From a bacterium (lineage in GTDB: Bacteria; Patescibacteriota; Microgenomatia; JAMCZE01), in NCBI GenBank assembly GCA_021836035.1, contig JAKBJL010000003.1:132135-196134 (forward strand): 64,000 bases of DNA, written 5' to 3'. A model generated the notes under the pieces. The model made no database searches. It had not been told where the DNA came from and worked only from the letters and a program-made list of their open reading frames with translations. Shown here piece after piece: positions 60,364 through 64,000 of this stretch. The translations under genes were made by a program, and so were the position numbers. Position 1 is the stretch's first letter. Every line of letters starts with the position of its first letter.

Positions 60364-61087
60364 CGGAAATAGACGGGGGCAGGGGTTCGTCTTCCTCCTC
60401 ACCGGTTTTAGCGGGTTCGTGTACTTCTTCAGGTGGGGGTTCGAAATGGTCGCAGCTCCCGTTGGAAAAGGAAGGTACTTGGTAGTATTTTTTAGCCCGG
60501 GATACCTCCCGGATAAAAATAACAATGTTATTGGATGCCGATCTAATACAGGCTTCATAGGTATTGCCCGCGTGTACCAGCGTATTTAGCCGCTTACCGA
60601 TATCGTCAGGCAGCGAGCCTAAATAATTACCGTTACTGTCGCTGATATGGATACTATGGTGTTTTGCTTCCAAATAAACGGTTTGCCCGGCGCAAAGGGT
60701 AGTCAGAGTGGTCGGCGAAGCCAGATTAACTAAAGAAACGGTTTTGGTCCGCCCCGGTTCCTCAATAAAACTGCTGGGAAGATTAGCATGCGGTAGAGTT
60801 AAGTCTTTTTCGGCGGGCATGGACTTTTTTTTATAACAGGCAGACTTTAATTTGGCCTGGTTTTTAGAAGCAATTTGGTTGTAGGGATCGATATTATGCA
60901 GGATAAGGTTAAAAATTTCCCGGGCTTTATTAAGTTTCCCCAGTTCCATATAAGCCCTTCCCAGTCGATTTAGGGCGTCAACGTCTTTTTTATCTCCCCG
61001 GAGAATTTTTTCATTCAGCTCGACCGCTTTTTCCCAATTACCGTTCAATGCTGCCTGAATTGCTTCGTTAATAAAGTCGGCTGACAT
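60326..61087 (-). CDS. TPR-containing protein
   Basis: AIQAAL.GNW..A, DALNRLGRAY, FIEEPGRTK; acidic tail. Confidence 0.8.
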   Translation of the reverse strand: MSADFINEAIQAALNGNWEKAVELNEKILRGDKKDVDALNRLGRAYMELGKLNKAREIFNLILHNIDPYNQIASKNQAKLKSACYKKKSMPAEKDLTLPHANLPSSFIEEPGRTKTVSLVNLASPTTLTTLCAGQTVYLEAKHHSIHISDSNGNYLGSLPDDIGKRLNTLVHAGNTYEACIRSASNNIVIFIREVSRAKKYYQVPSFSNGSCDHFEPPPEEVHEPAKTGEEEDEPLPPSISAIHQDEESEESQ

Positions 61088-61189
61088 CCAAAAAAGTATA
61101 GGAAATTCGTTGCAAAAGTCAAGGGACGAAGATACAATATAGCGAATAGCAAATGGTAAGCGACTTAAGGCTATTAGCTTGAACCTGTT

Positions 61190-61933
61190 ATGTCCGGACA
61201 CTCAAAGTGGTCTACGATTAAGAGACAAAAGGGGGCTGCTGACGCGCGGCGGGGTCAAGCATTCACCAAGTTGGGTAACGCGATTACCATCGCTGTTCGT
61301 CAGGGCGGGGGCAATACCGACCCCGATTTTAACTTCAAGCTGCGGTTGGCTGTAGAAAAAGCACGGGAAGCTAATATGCCCAAAGAGAATATCCAACGTG
61401 CTATTGAGCGCGGGGGAGGGAAGGGAGACGGAGCGCAACTCAATGAAGCAATCTTTGAAGGATTTCTCCCCGGCGGAGGGGCGGTAATAATTGAAGCTAT
61501 TTCTGATAATATCAATCGTACCTCCGGCGAAATCCGTAATTTGTTAAATAAGGGTGGTGGCAATCTCGGGGGGCAGGGATCGGTCGTTTATCTTTTTCAA
61601 AGAGTTGGAGAAATTATAATTGAAAGGACGGGCCAGGATATGGATACCGTCTTGGAAAAAGCGATCGAAGCCGGAGCGAAGGACCTTGAAGAGACTGAAG
61701 ATTCTTATTCGGTTTATTCCGAAGTGGAAGACTTACACAGGGTTAAGGAAAGATTAGCGGCAGTGGGCTTGAAAATTCTGGACAGCGAATTGGTTTTCCG
61801 GCCGAATAAAGAAACCTTAGTAACTTTACCTAACCGGGAAATCGCCGGCAGAGTGGAGAATCTGCTCGCCAGTATCGAAGAATTGGACGACGTCCAGAGT
61901 GTTTTTAGCAATGTGGATTTTAAAACCGCATGA
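61190..61933 (+). CDS. yebC: YebC/PmpR family protein
   Basis: MSGHSKWSTIKRQKG, NMPKENI.RAI, DDVQ.V.SN. Confidence 0.95.
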   Translation: MSGHSKWSTIKRQKGAADARRGQAFTKLGNAITIAVRQGGGNTDPDFNFKLRLAVEKAREANMPKENIQRAIERGGGKGDGAQLNEAIFEGFLPGGGAVIIEAISDNINRTSGEIRNLLNKGGGNLGGQGSVVYLFQRVGEIIIERTGQDMDTVLEKAIEAGAKDLEETEDSYSVYSEVEDLHRVKERLAAVGLKILDSELVFRPNKETLVTLPNREIAGRVENLLASIEELDDVQSVFSNVDFKTA

Positions 61934-62283
61934 CTGAGGTTTCTAAGGGATCAGTAAAAAGAGAAGCGGCGAAGTCGGGAATGGACAATCGGGATTATCA
62001 GCCGCCCGGGATAAAAGAAGGAGAAACATTCAGCGAGTATGTGAGGCGTAAGCGGTCCGGTTTAGTAATTCCCCCAAAAACAGAAACGCCGATTTCCGAA
62101 AAGAAGGACAACGATAATACTTGTCTACCGGGCGGTTATCCGGGAGAGTCGTGGTCAAGTTATATAAAACGGAACCAACGGAGCGAACCTGGTCAGAGAG
62201 CCGCTTTCGATACCGTAGCGAGAACTGAGGGCATAGCTAGGGCCGAAGAAATTTTTGGAGAAAGAGATAAGCTTCCCGACTAA
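61930..62283 (+). CDS. Hypothetical protein with an internal repeat
   Basis: PPGIKEGETFSEYVRR and LPGGYPGESWSSYIKR; ATGA overlap with yebC. Confidence 0.55.
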   Translation: MTEVSKGSVKREAAKSGMDNRDYQPPGIKEGETFSEYVRRKRSGLVIPPKTETPISEKKDNDNTCLPGGYPGESWSSYIKRNQRSEPGQRAAFDTVARTEGIARAEEIFGERDKLPD

Positions 62284-62336
62284 TTTCTTACTTTTCCCCA
62301 TAGATATTCTTGCTCCAGTTTGGCATATTGTTTTTG

Positions 62337-62585
62337 ATGAAAAGTCGGGAAATGAAGGGGATTTTTATGCGGTATGACCAGGAGAAAAACTTGCTTTCCG
62401 TAAGAACGGAACCGGATCTCGATGTTAAGCCGATCGAGGTACTTGAGGAGGAGCTCAGGACCGAAATAGCGAAGAGGGAGAAGGAGCTGAAGGGGAAAAG
62501 GGTTCGTCTAACCATCACCGACCAGACGGAAGGATATTCTGGTTTTGTCCGGCAAAAACTTCTGAAACTTTCTTGTGATGACTGA
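62337..62585 (+). CDS. Hypothetical protein
   Basis: Co-oriented ORF between yebC and ruvC. Confidence 0.45.
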   Translation: MKSREMKGIFMRYDQEKNLLSVRTEPDLDVKPIEVLEEELRTEIAKREKELKGKRVRLTITDQTEGYSGFVRQKLLKLSCDD

Positions 62586-62666
62586 AGTCTAAACTAATAA
62601 ACCTAAGTTGCCCGGGAATTTACTGCTTAATTGATTGATTCATGGTAAATTTGGTATCATTTCCTT

Positions 62667-63155
62667 ATGCTGATTTTAGGTATTGACCCAGGCACTGCCC
62701 GTTTGGGCTACGGTCTGATAGAAACAGGCAAAAAAGAAAAGGGGAACGGCTTAAAATTTGTGGATGCAGGCTGTCTGGAAACGAAAATGGAAACCCCGAT
62801 GCCAAAGCGGCTGCTTTTCCTACAGAGAGAAGTAGGCAAGGTTATCCGTAAATATAAGCCCGACCTTTTAGTTATTGAACAACTTTTTTTCGGAGTTAAT
62901 TCCCGGACTGCCATGGCGGTTGGTCAGGCAAGGGGAGTGGTCTTAGCGGTAGCAGCCCAGCACGGGCTCCCCGTAATTGAATACCAGGGATTAACCGTTA
63001 AGTTTGCCTTGACCGGTTTTGGGCGAAGCGATAAGAAGCAAATGCAGGAAAGTGTCCGGAAACACCTGCATATGCACGAAATTATTAAACCTGATGATGC
63101 TGCTGACGGTTTAGCTATTGCGATCTGCCATCATTTAAAAAGCGGAAAAGCGTAA
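62667..63155 (+). CDS. ruvC: Holliday junction resolvase RuvC
   Basis: ILGIDPG, IEQLFF, GQARGV, VK..LTG.G...K, DDAADGLAIA. Confidence 0.96.
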   Translation: MLILGIDPGTARLGYGLIETGKKEKGNGLKFVDAGCLETKMETPMPKRLLFLQREVGKVIRKYKPDLLVIEQLFFGVNSRTAMAVGQARGVVLAVAAQHGLPVIEYQGLTVKFALTGFGRSDKKQMQESVRKHLHMHEIIKPDDAADGLAIAICHHLKSGKA

Positions 63156-63225
63156 AACAAACAGCGTGTAGTAGACCGGTTGACCAAACCTTTATGATTT
63201 CCGCTTTATACTAAACGCTACAATT

Positions 63226-64000
63226 ATGAGTAAGCGGCAGAAATTTGTCATTGCCACACTAATCTTAACCCTGGGAATTGTGCTAATTCGTTACCCAATG
63301 TTTCAATGGCGTTACAGGGTGCTCGTATATTTAGTTATCGATTGGGCGTTGTCACTTTGGGCTTTACATGATCGCGATTTCGGGGGTGTGGAGTGGGTGA
63401 CGCTTTTAATTCTGCCGACAATGTTCTCCCTGGGAGGAGCGTTGGTATTTCCTTTGCTGCCGCGCTCATTTGATTCTTTCCTGATCTGGAATATCAGCCC
63501 CGATTCCGGCTTGTTGTTGGGCTTAGGAATACGCATGGCCTTTCTGCTGCTCTTTGCAGTAGGGTATTATGCTGTTCTATTGACGCGGAATATCTATAAT
63601 GTAGCCGCAATTAGAACAATACAGTTACTGCGGGCCGCCCATTCAGTCGGATTTATGATGGTTCTCTTAACTGCGCTGTCCCTTTTCCTGGTTACTGCCT
63701 CTTTTCATCTGTCGAGCTTCTGGAATTTTTGTTTTATTTTTATTATTAGTTTACCCCTGGCTTTATCAGCGCTTTGGTCTATAAATCTGGAAGAGGGGAT
63801 TAACCGCCAATTAAGACTGATGACGGTATTTATGGCTTTGGCCGTAGCAGAAGTGGGCTGGATTATGTCCTTCTGGCCGGTTTCCGTCTCGCTTTATGCC
63901 TTGGTTTTAACCACCGTCTTTTATACTTTAGTAGGGATGGGGCAGTACTACCTCAGTGAACGCCTCTTTGGCAATACCAGCCGGGAATTCGTCGCAGTGC
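63226..64000 (+). CDS. Multi-pass membrane protein, runs off the window
   Basis: MSKRQKFVIATLIL...LLILP...NIYNVAAIRTIQLLRAAHS; no stop seen before the window end. Confidence 0.75.
   Translation, partial: MSKRQKFVIATLILTLGIVLIRYPMFQWRYRVLVYLVIDWALSLWALHDRDFGGVEWVTLLILPTMFSLGGALVFPLLPRSFDSFLIWNISPDSGLLLGLGIRMAFLLLFAVGYYAVLLTRNIYNVAAIRTIQLLRAAHSVGFMMVLLTALSLFLVTASFHLSSFWNFCFIFIISLPLALSALWSINLEEGINRQLRLMTVFMALAVAEVGWIMSFWPVSVSLYALVLTTVFYTLVGMGQYYLSERLFGNTSREFVAV

Overview
Fragment of a Patescibacteria (CPR), probably Microgenomates-type, chromosome read in the standard code; the taxonomy is inferred from gene content. Core genes: ychF, rpsF-ssb-rpsR, ctpA, htrA, prfA, rpmE, hisS, a MacAB-like ABC exporter, dnaB, argS, ndk, tRNA-Trp, tRNA-Leu, efp, an lgt-dksA fusion, an RluA-family gene, a CPA2 antiporter, tgt, yebC and ruvC. 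There are two integration hot spots for large serine recombinases (LSRs). (1) The window begins inside an island whose decayed LSR gene overlaps the ychF start. (2) A ~22 kb region (27.4-49.1 kb) ending at the 3' end of tRNA-Trp is divided by seven same-orientation att-like scars from two families, each encoding an LSR C-terminal tail. Family A carries the tRNA T-arm motif (A)TTCGAAC exactly 5 bp further from a GC core than the tRNA does, which is the attP/attB geometry of serine integrases. The scars split the region into 0.6-6.8 kb cassettes with no intact integrase, giving an integron-like, apparently age-ordered gene array. One cassette is a six-gene radical SAM/phosphoesterase/sulfotransferase/PRTase/glycosyltransferase/kinase module. 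Separately, a ~150-nt structured intergenic element with covarying stems occurs five times directly after stop codons. Many genes have -10 boxes 6-8 nt before the start codon, suggesting leaderless transcripts. All product calls come from motif recognition, not database searches.
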